A stretch of 64,000 nucleotides of DNA from the human T2T-CHM13v2.0 reference genome, Homo sapiens (GCF_009914755.1 NC_060937.1); one strand, 5' to 3'; counted from the first letter of the stretch, positions 1-13,513 are shown. The notes: a model not told the origin generated them from the letters alone. Made by a program: numbers and translations.

Positions 1-29
1 TACAAGTAGTTTTAATCAGATATTAAGCC

Positions 30-243
30 ACCCTCCTCCATCCTACCTGCCATTCACTATCCAGTTTTGTTTTATTTCTTTATGGAATTTTTAATTATCT
101 GAAATTATTTATTTGTAAGCTTTTGGTTGTTGTTTATGTCTCCCCACAGGAATGTAAAGTACCATCCTATCCTTGTTCAACACTGTATCCCCAGGACCAT
201 GGCCTGACATATACTAGGCATTTTATAATAAGATGTTTATGAA
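30..243 (+). mobile_element. L2 LINE 3' end fragment
   Basis: tctccccacaggaatgtaa...cactgtatccccagg...cctgacatatactaggca resembles the L2 3' terminus. Confidence 0.7.
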
Positions 244-959
244 CCTGTTACACAGCTAGTTAACGGGCTAAGCCAAGACCGTAATGGCTGATTGTCAAAT
301 AGGCTTATTGGATAATTGATTCAGGACAGTGATTTTGTATCATACTTTACATCTTAGAATTTAGGCTTAATCATTTTCTCACTCTTTTCATCTTGAAATT
401 TGTACTATTATTCTCTTTTTTTGTCTGTTCTCTCCTCTCCCTCTCTTTCTCTTGCCCGTTTTCTTCATATTCCAGTGAGCTCCTCAAAGAATTCAAGGCA
501 AGTATTTCTACATTTCTCAGTTCTGGCAAGGTTTGACTGATCTGAGTGTCACATGCTTTTAACAAGTACTCTATTATCTATTCATGAAATTGGGTGACAA
601 TGTATTTACTTGAGTCTAGACAGAGTTGTTAATCAGTTTTGACTTATTGTGTTTTCCCCCCAAAAACTATCTCAAAGTAAAATTCGATTTGAATGCAGAG
701 TGAGTAGCAGATATTAAACAATCTTCAATTCTAATATGCTTAGTAAACACATAAACCTTGGAGACTGATTTATTTGAATGAATGTTTATAGAGAAAATAT
801 AACGCACTTAAAGACACAGTTTTTATGTTAGGCCATGTTTATGTGATCTCCAAAACATCCCACTTCAAAGAGTCAAAGAGTTCTTTGTAAATAGAGGCAG
901 GCAAGTCATTTCATTATCAAGCTATTACATCAACACATCAGGATTCCTTCTGAATGCAG

Positions 960-1295
960 ACTGTTGATATCCTTCTGTCTCCTTTCCAGCTGGCACTTTT
1001 GGACACTCCACTGATTTTTTCAGTTTTCATCACTTCAACAATACAGTCTATTTATCATCTCACATTTTTAAAATCTTTCCTATGTTACAGGATCAAATGC
1101 CATACATCCAGACAAATTCTCTCATCTTATACTCCAATAATAGACTTGGATTTTCATTATAAATTATTACAAAAATACCTTCCTATCACTGTAATACCAT
1201 TGTACCATTATAGCAAAATGACATTTTCTCTCTCAGGTAAAGAAAATAAATTATTGTTAGCACTTGTTTTGATATCCTGAAATGTAATAGATGTT
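960..1295 (+). mobile_element. Degenerate L2 fragment
   Basis: Weak similarity to the L2 3' region (ccagctggcact..., aggatcaaatgcca..., tatcactgtaataccattgta). Confidence 0.4.
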
Positions 1296-2757
1296 TCCTA
1301 TTTTGCAACAGATACAAATTATCTATGGAAGGAAGAAGTTCATTATTTCATCAGACATATAAAGAAAACAATATCTACCTCACCTATACTTAATGCTTTA
1401 GTACAAAATATAAAGCATTGGAAAAACTAAATAAGTAAAACGATGCTTTCAGCTTCAATTTTGGATAATAAAATAGGATTCTATGGTTTTGTTTTGCATG
1501 TCTTCTTTTGTATTTTGTTTGTCTTGTTTGGAAGAGGAAAGATTATTCTTCCTAGAAATCGTATTCCTCAATAAGGATTTTGAATGTCATAGCATATTGT
1601 ACCCTGTGATCTCTTAGTGAAACCAAGATGTTACACATCACCTACAAATGTTATGAGGAGGTATTAAATACAGGTCAATAAGTAGCCTGATTTTAGAGTA
1701 GACTATGATTAATTGACTTTTTGAATGCCATGGCTAAGGTAGATTATATTTCACGTATCAGTTGCCACCATTTTCTGAAGCAAATCAGAATAAGTGCCTA
1801 ACTCTGACAAGCTCATCCTACTTGGTATGTCCTGCCACATTTGCTTCTTTGTTGTCATTTTAATTTCTTTTGCTATTAGCTTCTTTTGATAATGAAACAC
1901 AGAAGTTCAACTTATTTCTTATGATAGTTGCTATTTTTCTAAATATGGACATTCTCCTACACTCTTAGTGGGAGTGAAGAATGAGATCCCATTATTTTTC
2001 AGTGCTGGGTAAAGACATGCATGTTGTTTGTATGTTGTAATGAGAAAATTTCTAATACATTTGGCCACTTTTGCTTCATGCCGCACAAAATATAGCTCAC
2101 GATATCTACGTAGAACAATTTGTAGAGCTCTTACAGCCGTCACAAAAACACAGATTAATGATGACTTGCCAGCACCGGCTAGGTAGAAGGAAATCTGGCA
2201 ACATAATCTGGATTAACCTATGTCAATTTTCATGAAATATTTTATTATTCCTTCAAACTTAGCATGGGAGAATATGCAGAAAGCCACATAATGAAGACTT
2301 TAATTTTAAAAACAAATCATGTATGGTCTTAAAACAGTAGTAGAAATGTAGTAAATGATATGCCTGGTGAAACTGGATGAATGAATTGTCTGTAAAAGCA
2401 GTAGAAAGGAAACCTTATTCAGGATCAATGAAGCCTTGAAGTACTCTTGTTGAGGTAGGATACTAAATAAAACTTATAGAATTTCAGTGTTATTCTAAAA
2501 TGTATCTCACAATCCATATTATCGTTTTTCAAATGCACAAAACCGTACTTTTGTGACTGTAATGTTGTATTTTAACATAAAACCACGATAAAGAATGAAT
2601 TCTATATAAACATTTGCAAATATATCTAACAAAATCCTTTGTGTATGCTTTCCAAAGGAAGTTATACATTTATTAAGACAATTTTCTTGATTTGAATTCA
2701 TCTATATTTAGTCCTTTAACTAACATCCAAATTTTCAGTGTTTGATGTATTATGTCA

Positions 2758-3111
2758 CTATCTTAGCTCAGGTTGCTATTACAAAATGCCATAGACTGTG
2801 TGGCTTATACAATAAGCATGTATTTCTCACAGATCTAGCAGGTTGGGAAATCCAAGTTCAGTTCCCAATGAGAGTTTTCCTCTTGGTTTGCAGTCAGCCA
2901 CCCTTTGACTGTGTCCTGGTATGGCTGAGAGAGAGGGATCTAGTCTTTCTTCCTCCTCTTATAAGGACACTAGTTCCACCACTGGGACTCCACGCTCGTG
3001 AGTTTATCCAAGTCTAATGATCTCCCAAAAGGCCTGCCTGTAATTCCATCATGTTGAGGAGTAGGAGTTCAACATATGACTTTTGTGGGGACACAGCCTT
3101 CAGTCCATAAA
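2758..3111 (-). mobile_element. MLT1A/MLT1A0-like MaLR solo LTR
   Basis: tcttagctcaggttgctattacaaaatgccatagactg... to ttcaacatatgacttttgtggggacacagccttcagtccata is the reverse complement of the recalled MLT1A consensus. Confidence 0.85.
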
Positions 3112-6100
3112 AACCCTTTACTGAGGAAACAATTAAAGATGGTTTAACTTTTCTTTTATCTTCCTTTTCACTGCTATTTCCCAAAATAAAGCTTTTCTCT
3201 TAAAAAAATTGTTACTTATTTTATGGTCTTATTGCTATTGTCTTATTTAATTTAGGATGAAGTAAATAAGTTCAACATTGCAGTAAAAAGATATTTTTCT
3301 CCAAGATCTACCCTAAGAACCTAGTGACTCCTGGAGTAAATCTCATGAAAGAGTGCTTCCTCTAAACCCTGACAAGACTGGGCCCCTCAGAATTTTTAAC
3401 TCACAGATATTAGGCACATAGTAGGCACTCATAATTGTAAGTTTCATTATATTTTTCCAGAAGTTAGCTTATGTTAGTTTCACATACATGTCTAAATCTT
3501 TTGGTATTCTAATTTACGAATGGAAATTATATCGTGGAAAGAATTATTAGAAATTTTTTAAAATGTAAATAGAAAATACCATGTTAAATGTCATATAAAT
3601 GCTGAAGTAATATACTTTGCCATGTAAAGAAGGGGAAAAAAACCCACAAAATTTTGTCCTTTCAAAAATACCATTTCTTTCTACAAAGGGGGAAAACTGA
3701 ATACAACTTTCTTCAGTGGTAAAAGTAAATTGGAGTATTATTTATGATTTAATGCTAAGAAAAATTTGACTGAAGGATAAAGTCAAGTGAGCATACTGAT
3801 CTTAAATGTGTAACTGACTTAAAAAAGGATACATAAATGTTAAACTTGAGGCTGAGGTTTGTGAAAAGTCTATTTTTATTCATTATTGGTATTTCTAGCT
3901 TAAATAATTATCTGTAAAATTAAATAAGATATTTTGGTTAATCCAGTAATTAAAACACACTTATTTCCCTTGCTTTATATATTGTCAGCCTTACCACAAA
4001 CCACTTTACTGAATGTTCTATTTATTTATATTAATATTAATGTAATTTCTTTATTATTTTTGGTAAAATTACCCACATAATTTCTAGGAATTTAAGGAAG
4101 AGTAGTAGAAAGGTAACATACCATCTCTAAGTTAAGTTCAAATGGCTATCATTTCTCTGTGGGCAGAGGCTACTATTTTCATGCCAACAAATAGTGGCTG
4201 TTCAATGTGTTTGTGCAACTGAATTCATATGAAATTAGCTAAGTCCAGATTACATGTCTATATGATGATGTTTAATCGCAAATATGTAAAGAAAGAAAGG
4301 AAATAATGGGATGTATTGTCTATGTAAAAGAAAACAGAGCACTGAACATACACTATCAGCATATGGAAATAATTTTTCATCTGAAATCAATATTTATTAA
4401 AATCCATATATAAAATAACTACTTTCTTATATAGTGGAGATGAAATTATTTTTATGTTGAATAAGAAGGAAAGTCTAATTAAAAATCTATATAATACATT
4501 TTTTCCCATTTTATGAGATATGTTCATAAATTTGTCTCCTAATTTGACAATCTCAGAATGCATATGTCATGTGTCATTTATATATGAATTAATACTTAAA
4601 GGCTTGATGTCTTTGAATTCAAAATCATGCTCTCAAGCCATTAAGTGTATCCATGCTACACAGACATAGATGTATTTTATTTTTTAAAAATAAAACTATC
4701 AATGGTGATTTTTTTCCTTTTCCAATAAAATACTTTGCAAATTTTTAGATTCATGATAATTATCAATTTTTTACTTATTTATTCAGATATTTATTTATTA
4801 TCTACTTTACTCCAATGTTGTGTTCTTTGTTGGGATTATAACAGTGAAACACAAATATTCTGTCCATACCGAACATGCATTCTTTCATTGAACAATGACT
4901 GTAACTGCACAATTGAATGGACTCTTAATCACATATGCTTAGCATTAATATCTGTCATGATTACTGAAATGTGTTTCACTCATTTGTACTCTTCACATTA
5001 AATAACCCTCAGGTGAATGTATGAGTTTTGAATCTCATAACTGAATTACGTGCAGCTGGCCCTTTTAAGAACAGTTTCTGAATATTAATTTCATGAAGGT
5101 AAAAAATGAAGGAGCTAATTAGGTATAGTACTCTAAAATTCAGACTTATAGTAAACATTTATCATCACTATAAAATGCAACATTGAGGTTAAAGTCTAGT
5201 ATTTATTTTGACCCATCTGCTTCTAGGATGATGGGATATTTATAAATATATTAAAGATAATCTTATTGTTTCCATCTAGAATTTCTTAAATCTGTCATCC
5301 TTGAGATTTCAAAACATTATCTGACCAGCGAGCTTCATTTGTGATAATATTTAATAAATATATATCTATAATGTGTCATTTTTCAGAAAATCCTGTCCAG
5401 ACATTGTCTCTGTCAGTTGTAACAACTGAATTTCTAACTACCATCAAATTGTTTAATATTGAATGATATATTAATATATTTATGCTTCTCTTTAGCAATT
5501 ACACACCTCTGTGTTTTTGAAGACCAGGGAAATTCATTGATACACTTTCTAAGTAGATTTATTTTTTAAAAGTTTTTTGTTTTCATAAAATATGGTTAAA
5601 CTCAAACAGAATTTTATCATTTGAATGAAAATGTACTGAAAATATCTTTAAACCGAAGATATATATCATTCTATCTAAGTATCAAGAAAACATGGGGAAT
5701 TTTACAGAAACTTTGTATGTTACCAGATAGTTTTAACATGTAAACATGAAGGCTAATAAGTAAAAATGGGAACTCAATTAAATTACTAAGTATGACAAGT
5801 AAATTAAATCAATGTAAGGGTTGAAAATTCCACTGATAACCTTATGCCAGATTAAAATTGAGAAAATATATTCTGACAAAAGATCCAAACTGAAATCAAC
5901 TCCATATGAATTTAATAATGTTTTAACTATCTGACTCAATGAGCCCAAAAGTGTAGCTAAAAATTAAAGTGATCTACACTAAGACAAAGGAATAGGCTTC
6001 TGAATAAAAATAATATTAGAATTTATAACTGTATTCCAAATTAATTCATTAATTGATTAAACCACCCACTTTTTATTAACTTCATGTTGTACACAACAAA

Positions 6101-6113
6101 CCAAGTGTAGTAG

Positions 6114-7752
6114 TGTTATGGGATCCTTGAGTTGCTTTTCCAGTCAGAAACTTCTGTGGCCAGTGGTGCCTTTGCCCGAGTTTTTCTCAGGCCCATTGGG
6201 ACCACTCAGCCTGGCAGGCTGTGCTCAGCTCATACTACTGGCCTGGCTCCCACGCCTGCCAAGGGTGAGCAGGGTGGTGAGGGGTTTGTGAGTGAGTGAG
6301 TGTGGGGTCTGGCCACTGTGCACAGCCAGGCATACTGGCTGCAGTGGGGCCGGCAGCTCTGGGTGCTGGCACAGGCGATGGCTCCCTGCAAGTCTGTGGC
6401 TGGGTCAGGCATACCATAAGCAGCTTCCATGGCTGACACTGGGTACGAAGCGGTGTCCAGAAGCTTGGAGATAGCAGGAATTGCAGAGCCCTAAAAAGAA
6501 TGTCAAAGCCCTGGCTTGGGAAGCTCCTGGCTCTGGGCTCCCTGAAGGGCCACAGCTCTTCTCTCCTTCTCTCTTCTTTTCTTCTTGTCACTCACAACGT
6601 AGTGAGGAAGGGGCGTGTTTCAGCCCTGTTTGTGTTATGGCTCTTTTAGCCCCACCATTCATTAGGTGCTGAGTTCTTGTCCTGCATCCAGAAGAATGAG
6701 GTAGACAGAAGGCACTAAGCTGCCTTCAGCACCCCCTTCAGCCTCCCTCCCATGCTTGTTGGTACCTAAAGTCCAGAGGGGGATGAGGCAGCAGGGAAAT
6801 GGCGTGTCAGCACTGTCACAGGCATTGGCACACCTGGCCAGATTGAGATAGTCCCCGGGCTCGGCCTCAACTTCGCTCTGAGATTGGAGTGGACACTGAC
6901 AGCAGGGAGAAGCCAGGTAGCAGGAGTAGGCACTTTTGAGCCTGCAGGCAGGTGCAGGGAGGTTCTTCCCAGGCCCCCGAGAGTGCAGAGATGCCTGGGT
7001 CTACGGCCGTGGCCTGGTTGGCTGCAGCTGCTCCTGGGAGGGCAGGGCTCCCGCCTACACCTGGCCCCCAGTATATAGAAATGCCTGGGTCCGCAGCCAT
7101 GGCAGTGTGGCTGCAGCGGCAGCTGGGTAATTCCTGCTGTGTCAGTGCAGTTTCCCGTGCTCAGGGCCACATAGCAGGGTGCCTCAGGCCCAGCTGCTGC
7201 AAGAACCTGCACCTGATGCTTGTCCCTGTGGACTATGTGTGGGGTCTGTGCTCCAAATTCTGAGCCTCAACCTCCAGGGTGGGCAGGTAGATTTGTGAAT
7301 CACATACCTTGGTGATTCACGTGTGTGGTGCCCGTCTTGGGCAAACAAACCCAGGTGGGCAGCTTTTCTTTGCTGTTCTTCTAGTTTGCCTCCTGTCTGC
7401 ATTTTCTTCACAGGAGTGGCAGGTGAGATGTAGGTGGCATGGTGGCCCCAAAGAACTCTGCACAAATGAACCTGATGCTCTTGGGGCCAGCCCCACAATT
7501 CCTGGCTGTGCCTTCAGCCAGGGGCTTGTGGGCTCCTGTGACATGGTGGGGAGCGAGGTTGAGGCCACGGTGGAGGTTCTGGGCCTGGGAGCAGGTTCTG
7601 CGTTGCTGTGTGAGGGTGGGGATGGTACAGTTGGTTGCCTTGGGGGTGTGGAGCACAGGAGATGAGGGGGAGAGGAAACCCACCACCCAGGCCTCCCCAC
7701 TGCAGCCAGTGTGATGGCAAAGGCTGCTCCAGATGGCCCACTGCTGCCATCA
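6114..7752 (-). mobile_element. MER52 (ERV1) solo LTR, GC-rich, with internal repeats
   Basis: TG...CA termini; minus-strand start tgatggcagcagtgggccatctggagc and end ...ggatcccataaca match MER52; 4-bp TSD gtag/atag. Explains the cluster of overlapping GC-rich ORFs. Confidence 0.85.
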
Positions 7753-8577
7753 ATAGTTTCTGTGATTAATGCTGTTGGAGATACTAAGACCAAGCAGTGT
7801 CTGTATCATCCAGGGTCTTAATCTGTGAAAGAGCAAATAAGGCAAGCTCAAAAACTAACTTTAATATAACATGTTGAGAGGTGCCATCATCCTCTTGGTC
7901 CCTGGCTTTTATAGGATTTCTTTTCATCATCTTTCCCATAACTTGATACATTTTAATATGTGATGCATGTTTACACATGTCAATATTTGTACAAAGGTAT
8001 ACAACCTGTCCCTCTTACAGGGTTAGGGTCCCTGTGATTGTTCTACTCTCTCCATAAATTAATAGAAAGTTTTACTTCAGTTTGGAGTTGATAAACTGGG
8101 GGAAAAGAGGAAAGCTTATTTGGGAGACAAATTGACCCAGCAATTTTTTTATCAGCTTTAGCACCTTGCTGTATGAAAACTTTATTCTCTATTTTTATTA
8201 TCTTTCTTTACACATTTTGTTTTTTTAAATATGTTTCAAGTTTAGAAGTTAATTTAAAATTTTAATTAATCACCTTTCTCAAGTTACTCTTTTAAAAGCT
8301 CTAAATATCTGTTACTATCCTTTTATCTCAGTTTATATACACATGCTTAAAAAACTTGCTTACACAATGGCCCAAATAATACTAAAGTAAAAAATCCTCA
8401 CATATTAGATTTGCTCAATAACAAGAATGATTAATATAGTTTCCCTGTCCTGATCGTGGTCTATTTAGCAACATAGATATTTAGGAAATGAACTCAATAT
8501 ATTAAATTAGTATTAGATCATAAATAAGCAAATGATGCATTGAAGCTAAAAATACACATACATATTTCTTGGTTTAA

Positions 8578-9023
8578 ATAAATCGACCCAATAGTCCCGT
8601 AGATAGTTATTTTTGATAAACATAGAAATGGACTCTTCTGGTCTTAAAACTTGCAACTTATATTTTTTCACTTGAGTTCCTTTCTTAAGAAACAATCTTA
8701 TGGCCTCTCAGAGTATGGGAGAACTGAAACTCACCAGATTACCATATTCAGACGATGAGATGCTGAACAGCTCATTCATCATGATTGCTTCCTTGCCCCT
8801 CCCTAGTTCTTGTTTTCCTATGCACATTATTACATTCCTTCCCCGCTATGTAAGCCCCTCATTTTAGTTTGTCAGAGAGATGGATTTGAGACTGAGCTCC
8901 CATCTCCTCAGCTGCAGCATCTGGTTAAAGACTTCTTCTTCAGCAACACTTGTCATCTTGGTGATTGGCTTTCTGTGTGGCAAGGAGCAGGACCTAGACC
9001 AAACCCCTGGTATTTTGGTAGTA
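8578..9023 (+). mobile_element. ERV solo LTR (~445 bp, tentatively LTR47-like)
   Basis: cgacccaatagtcccgtagatag start; TATA-like gctatgtaagcccc; gagatggatttgagactgagctcccatctc; end ctagaccaaacccctggtattttggtagta. Confidence 0.65.
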
Positions 9024-9244
9024 ATGTGTGTAGGGTTCCCAGATAAGTCACATCTAAATAGAGTTTTGTGCCAATAAAATATATTTATTGGATAAGCAAG
9101 ATAAGAAAGAAACTCTCAGGCAGACAGGGACAACTTACATCATGTGCAGAATCAAGGAGTAAAGCACTCCTGATATCAGGAGGAGAAAACAATTCCTGGT
9201 GTGTAGATCATGGATACTGTGTTGGTTGTACAAGATCAAGACAG

Positions 9245-10085
9245 AAATATGTATTTTTAGTTGACAAATTCGTATATATTTATCAGGTACAATATGATGT
9301 TTTGAAAACATCATATAATGAAATATATATTGTGGAATGGCCAAATCAAGCGAATTAGCACATGCATTGCCTCACATATCATAGAGGGATGCAAAAAGAA
9401 GCACAAATTTTTCAAATATTAGAGACATATCATTGTTGGTTCTCAGTTGCTTTCCCCAACACATGGTGATAGGGAAGGGTGTAGGGCACCTTTGATGAGA
9501 TCACAGGTGTGGACTATGAGGGGCTTGTGTGGCTTGGAGGGGCCTACCCTGGGCTTCCGTGTGTTACCTGTGGGTGCCCCTTGCCAATTGGCCAGAGGCA
9601 TCTGAGGTGAGAAATAAGCCCATGTTGGCATCCTTGGCATCCCTCAGGAAGACCTGAAGTGAGAGCCTTGGAAAGTCAGGATCCAGCAGGAGGACATTTT
9701 GCTCTCTTGAGCATTTGCTGTCAAGTAAGCTGCCTATAGGGCTTTTAGTAGAATGTGGGTGCCTGGTTACTAGCATTCTAAGTTCTGTTGGGGTCTTTCA
9801 CCAAGGAAGCGAGGTTACTTTTTCAAGGTTCCAGTGTTCCTTGTATTAACTATGGTCACCCTGTTTTATAATAGGTCTCTTGATCTTATTCCTCATATCT
9901 AACTGAAATTTTGTATCCTTTAACTAACATCTCCTCAACCTCTCCATGGCCACCAAACTTTTGATAACTTTTATTCTACTGTCTGCCTCTATAGGTTTCT
10001 TTTTCAGATTTCATATATAAGTGAGATCACGCAGTATTTGTCTTTCTGTGCCTGGCTTATTTCACTTAACATGATGTCCTCCAGG
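9245..10085 (-). mobile_element. L1MA-type 3' end, interrupted by an unrelated insert at ~9380-9840
   Basis: ttgtggaatggccaaatcaagc...cctcacata, then ttgtattaactatggtcacc...gtgagatcacgcagtatttgtctttctgtgcctggcttatttcacttaacatgatgtcctccagg. Confidence 0.85.
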
Positions 10086-10089
10086 TAAA

Positions 10090-10533
10090 ACAGAAATCCG
10101 AATGGATTGAATGGAATTGTGACACATCATAAAGGTTCTTAAGTATCAAACTGATCCCTTACATTTATCCTGAAACTACTACATATGTTACAAATTTTTT
10201 TTTTAAGCAAGTGAGTGGCACATTGATCATTGTTGTTCAAGAAAAGTATGGTAGGGCTGGGCATGGTGGCTCACACCTGGAATCCAAGCACTTTGGGAGG
10301 CCAACGTAGGCAGATTGCTTTACTCTAGGAGTTTGAGACCAGCCTAGGCAACATAGCAAAACCTTGTCTCTACAAAAATACAAAAATTAGCCAGGAGTGG
10401 TGGCACACATCTGTAGCCCCAGCTACTCGGGAGGCTGAGTTGGAAGGATCACTTGAGCCTGGGAGGCAGAGGTTTCAGTGAGCCAAGATCATGCCACTGC
10501 ACTCCAGTCTAGGTGACAGAGCGAGGCCTTGTC

Positions 10534-10564
<31 letters not shown>

Positions 10565-11280
10565 GTTGGGGGGGTGGGAGAAAAGAAAATTATGGTGGTT
10601 GTGCAAAATAAGTTAGAGGTGAGGAATTTTAATAATTTAGTGCAAATTTATTGATAAACATAAGTAAACTATAACAGAGATGAAAAAAGAGGCATGAATT
10701 CTTCAATTATTGGATACATACCATTATTGGAACTTGGAAAATGAATATCTATGAAGGATTACAGGAGAGGGAAAAATAAAGCTTGGTTCAGAATCCTATA
10801 TTGCTTTCTGGAAAATGGATAGTGATGCAAAAACAATCATTAAAAGATCAGATTTATTATTAAAATTGTGAGATTAATTTTGGACTTGGAAATCAAGTGT
10901 CCTCAGATATTTAATTAATGGTTGATGCCATTGAAACCAATGGAGAAGAGAGTTTCATAAAAGATGAATATAATATAATGTCTAATATTAGAATACATAA
11001 TAAATTTTGGTCACATTTGCTTTGACATTTGCAGTATTATTAATGGCTTGGGCAAGTATTGATTTCATACATAGTGTGTGAGTTGGAAGCTACTCTGCTG
11101 TGGATTGAGAAGTGAAAAGCAGCGAAGGAAAATAATCAAGTAAACTTTCAGGAAGATTGGTTCTAAAGAAAATGAAAAAATGAATATGCAGGGATGTGGA
11201 AGATGCTTTGAATTTCTGTTATTATTTTTGAAATGGTAGAACGTATTTATATAAGGAAGTGGAGTAAGCAAGTACTAAGG
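10090..11280 (-). mobile_element. Degenerate L2, split by an Alu
   Basis: catttatcctga...ttttaagcaagtgagtggcacattgatca and gagattaattttggacttg resemble antisense L2. Confidence 0.5.
10255..10564 (+). mobile_element. AluJ (Jb-like), full length
   Basis: Two monomers, A-rich linker, long polyA; TSD-like aagaaaagtatggt / aagaaaattatggt. Confidence 0.95.
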
Positions 11281-11539
11281 CAAACCAGCTTACTGTGAGC
11301 CAGTTTCTATATATCATGAAAATAAAACCATTTATGAATTAGAAAATTTAGATTTTTGCAGGCATAAATAGACCAGATAATTTAGCCAATGGAGTCCAGA
11401 GTACATCAATGATAATGTATAAAAATAAGTAAATAATAATGAATTAAATCTTATAGCTGTATAGCATCCATTCAGGTAATTATTTTAAACATAGTGCAAA
11501 GATTGGAGGTAAATATTTTGCTTTGGGCAACACTGTTGT

Positions 11540-11765
11540 ATGAATCTTGTTTATCTGGAGTTACAAGATTCAGTTTTTAATTCCAGTCTTAGCTTTTCTA
11601 CATTGAGCAAGTTACTTAAATTTTAGTAGTTTTTCACTTGTAAAATGCAAATTATACTTGTGCTTGCTTCGCCAATCATTGTGAAAAGTAAATGACAGGG
11701 AACCTGATACAATACAAAGACTGATACATTGAAAGATCTCAATAGAAAGTAACAGTTTCATTATT
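11540..11765 (+). mobile_element. MIR fragment
   Basis: ttgagcaagttacttaa...gtttttcacttgtaaaatg MIR core. Confidence 0.6.
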
Positions 11766-12314
11766 AATACATAGTTTCCTAGATCTGTGGCAATACATTA
11801 TCTTCTTTGTATGGTTCCACACATTGTCTTTACTTGTTCTCATAAACTATTGTCTTCTTAAATAGACTTAACACTTCTAGTACATTTATCACTACTTATT
11901 GTGAAGAAAAAATATTTTTTACAGTTTTGTTATATCGTGCTACCAAATAATTTTATATTAGGCTCTTTAATAGGGTGTTGCAAAACTTTTATTCTGCATT
12001 TCTACTTCTCTTTCTCTTCCTGAGTTCACAATGATGATAAAACCTGCTTACTTGATGGTGGGATGATCTAGTCTCCCACCTCATAATCTTTTGCAAAGAG
12101 GATAGTAAGAACACAAAACACTAATCATCTAATACTTCAAAAGATCTTCCAGTCATCCCAGCTTTGAGCATCACAGCTAGTCAGCCTAGAAATCCAGTAA
12201 TTGGAAAGTTAGAACTGATATCCTACCTTTTCTTACGCTGGACTTACAACTCCATATTTTATCCTAAGCATTTGGAAGATTTGACTCTGATTTAATAAAA
12301 CCAATTATTTAGAG

Positions 12315-12518
12315 CAGTACTGTCAAATCGAACTTTGTGTGGTGATGACAAGTTGTATACTTCTGTCCTATATGGTAGCTGCTAGTGACATTTGGATATT
12401 GAGAAGTTGAAATGTGACTAGTGTGACTAATGAACTAAACATTTAACTTAATTTATTTTTTTACTAAAAGGAGGTTTTTAGTAAAAACCACATGGCTAGT
12501 GGTTACAGTAAATTGGAC
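12315..12518. mobile_element. MER3 (hAT-Charlie) DNA transposon
   Basis: cagtactgtcaaatcgaactttgtgtggtgatg...gaaatgtgactagtgtgactaatgaact...ccacatggctagtggttac. Confidence 0.8.
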
Positions 12519-12811
12519 CCCCAAGTTCCAGAGTTACCATTTTCAACTGTCCAAATGCTACTCTTAACAGTCATATTATTTTTCTAAGCAAGTTTGCTTA
12601 TAATGGGGAATAATTCTCTAAATGAAGAGTCTTTGAAGTTTATACTTCAAGTCATGGTTAGTTATTCTGTGCAAAACAACTGATATGATCATCAGCCTTT
12701 TCTACCTGTGGTAAGGTTGTGGCATTTTACTGATGATACTGACTCTGTACCTCTATCACAAAGGGGTCTCAATTTCTATACCTATGTTTGAGATGTCTTC
12801 AATTATCTTAG

Positions 12812-13447
12812 TGATGCAGAATTTTTCTTCTTGGCCATTTTGCAAGCTGGGGTACCCCAGCCAGCGACACTCCACCCAGGCCTTGCTCGGCCATACTGAT
12901 GTGCCCCAGCTCACCTGTGTTATAGCTTGTACCCACATTCAGTGGTTCCTGAGCTCTTATACCATGCCCAAGAAGAATGAGGATACACTGGATATTGAAG
13001 GGTGAGGAGGGCAGAGAAGAATTCTGTTGAACAATGAAAATAGCTTTCACCAGAGAGAGGATGGATGCACAGTTGGTCTCCCTACTTAAAGAAAGGAAAT
13101 TTCCCCATGTGGCTGGGTCTGGGGCCTTTTATGGACTCAGAATGGGGAGTACATGCTGATTGGTTGGTGAGTATGCAAAAAAGGTTAAGTGAAGATGCCA
13201 CTCAAAGGTGGGCACGACAGTGTAGAAAACCAGTTAGAAAAAAGTAGGTATATGTAAAATAGGTGAAAGGTGGGGATCAGTCAGAGGAAAAGCACACCAA
13301 AGAGGAAGACAAGTTCTCAATCTGGTCTGAAGATCTAATTTGTAGCTTGTTTTTCAGGCTTTCAACTATCTTTGGACTGAAAGTGGGGTTTTTACCAGGG
13401 ACCCTCCCCTATCTGCCTAGGCATTTGGCTGCCTCCTGTTGCTATCA
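12812..13447 (-). mobile_element. LTR27-like (ERV1) solo LTR
   Basis: Minus-strand start tgatagcaacaggaggcagccaaatgcctaggcagataggg; TG...CA termini; TSD ttag/tttg. Confidence 0.75.
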
Positions 13448-13464
13448 TTTGCCATTTCATTATC

Positions 13465-13480
13465 TGTGTGTGCATGAGTG

Positions 13481-13512
<32 letters not shown>
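13465..13512 (+). repeat. (TG)n microsatellite, interrupted
   Basis: Directly visible. Confidence 0.95.

Positions 13513-13513
<1 letters not shown>

Noticed and set aside
1224-1242. ttttctctctcAG|GTAAAG resembling a recursive splice site
   Set aside because: Short pyrimidine tract, weak donor, probably inside an L2 remnant, and no host gene is evident.
6230-7793. Dense overlapping ORFs of up to 158 aa
   Set aside because: All lie in the GC-rich MER52 LTR, where stop codons are scarce; no recognisable domain.
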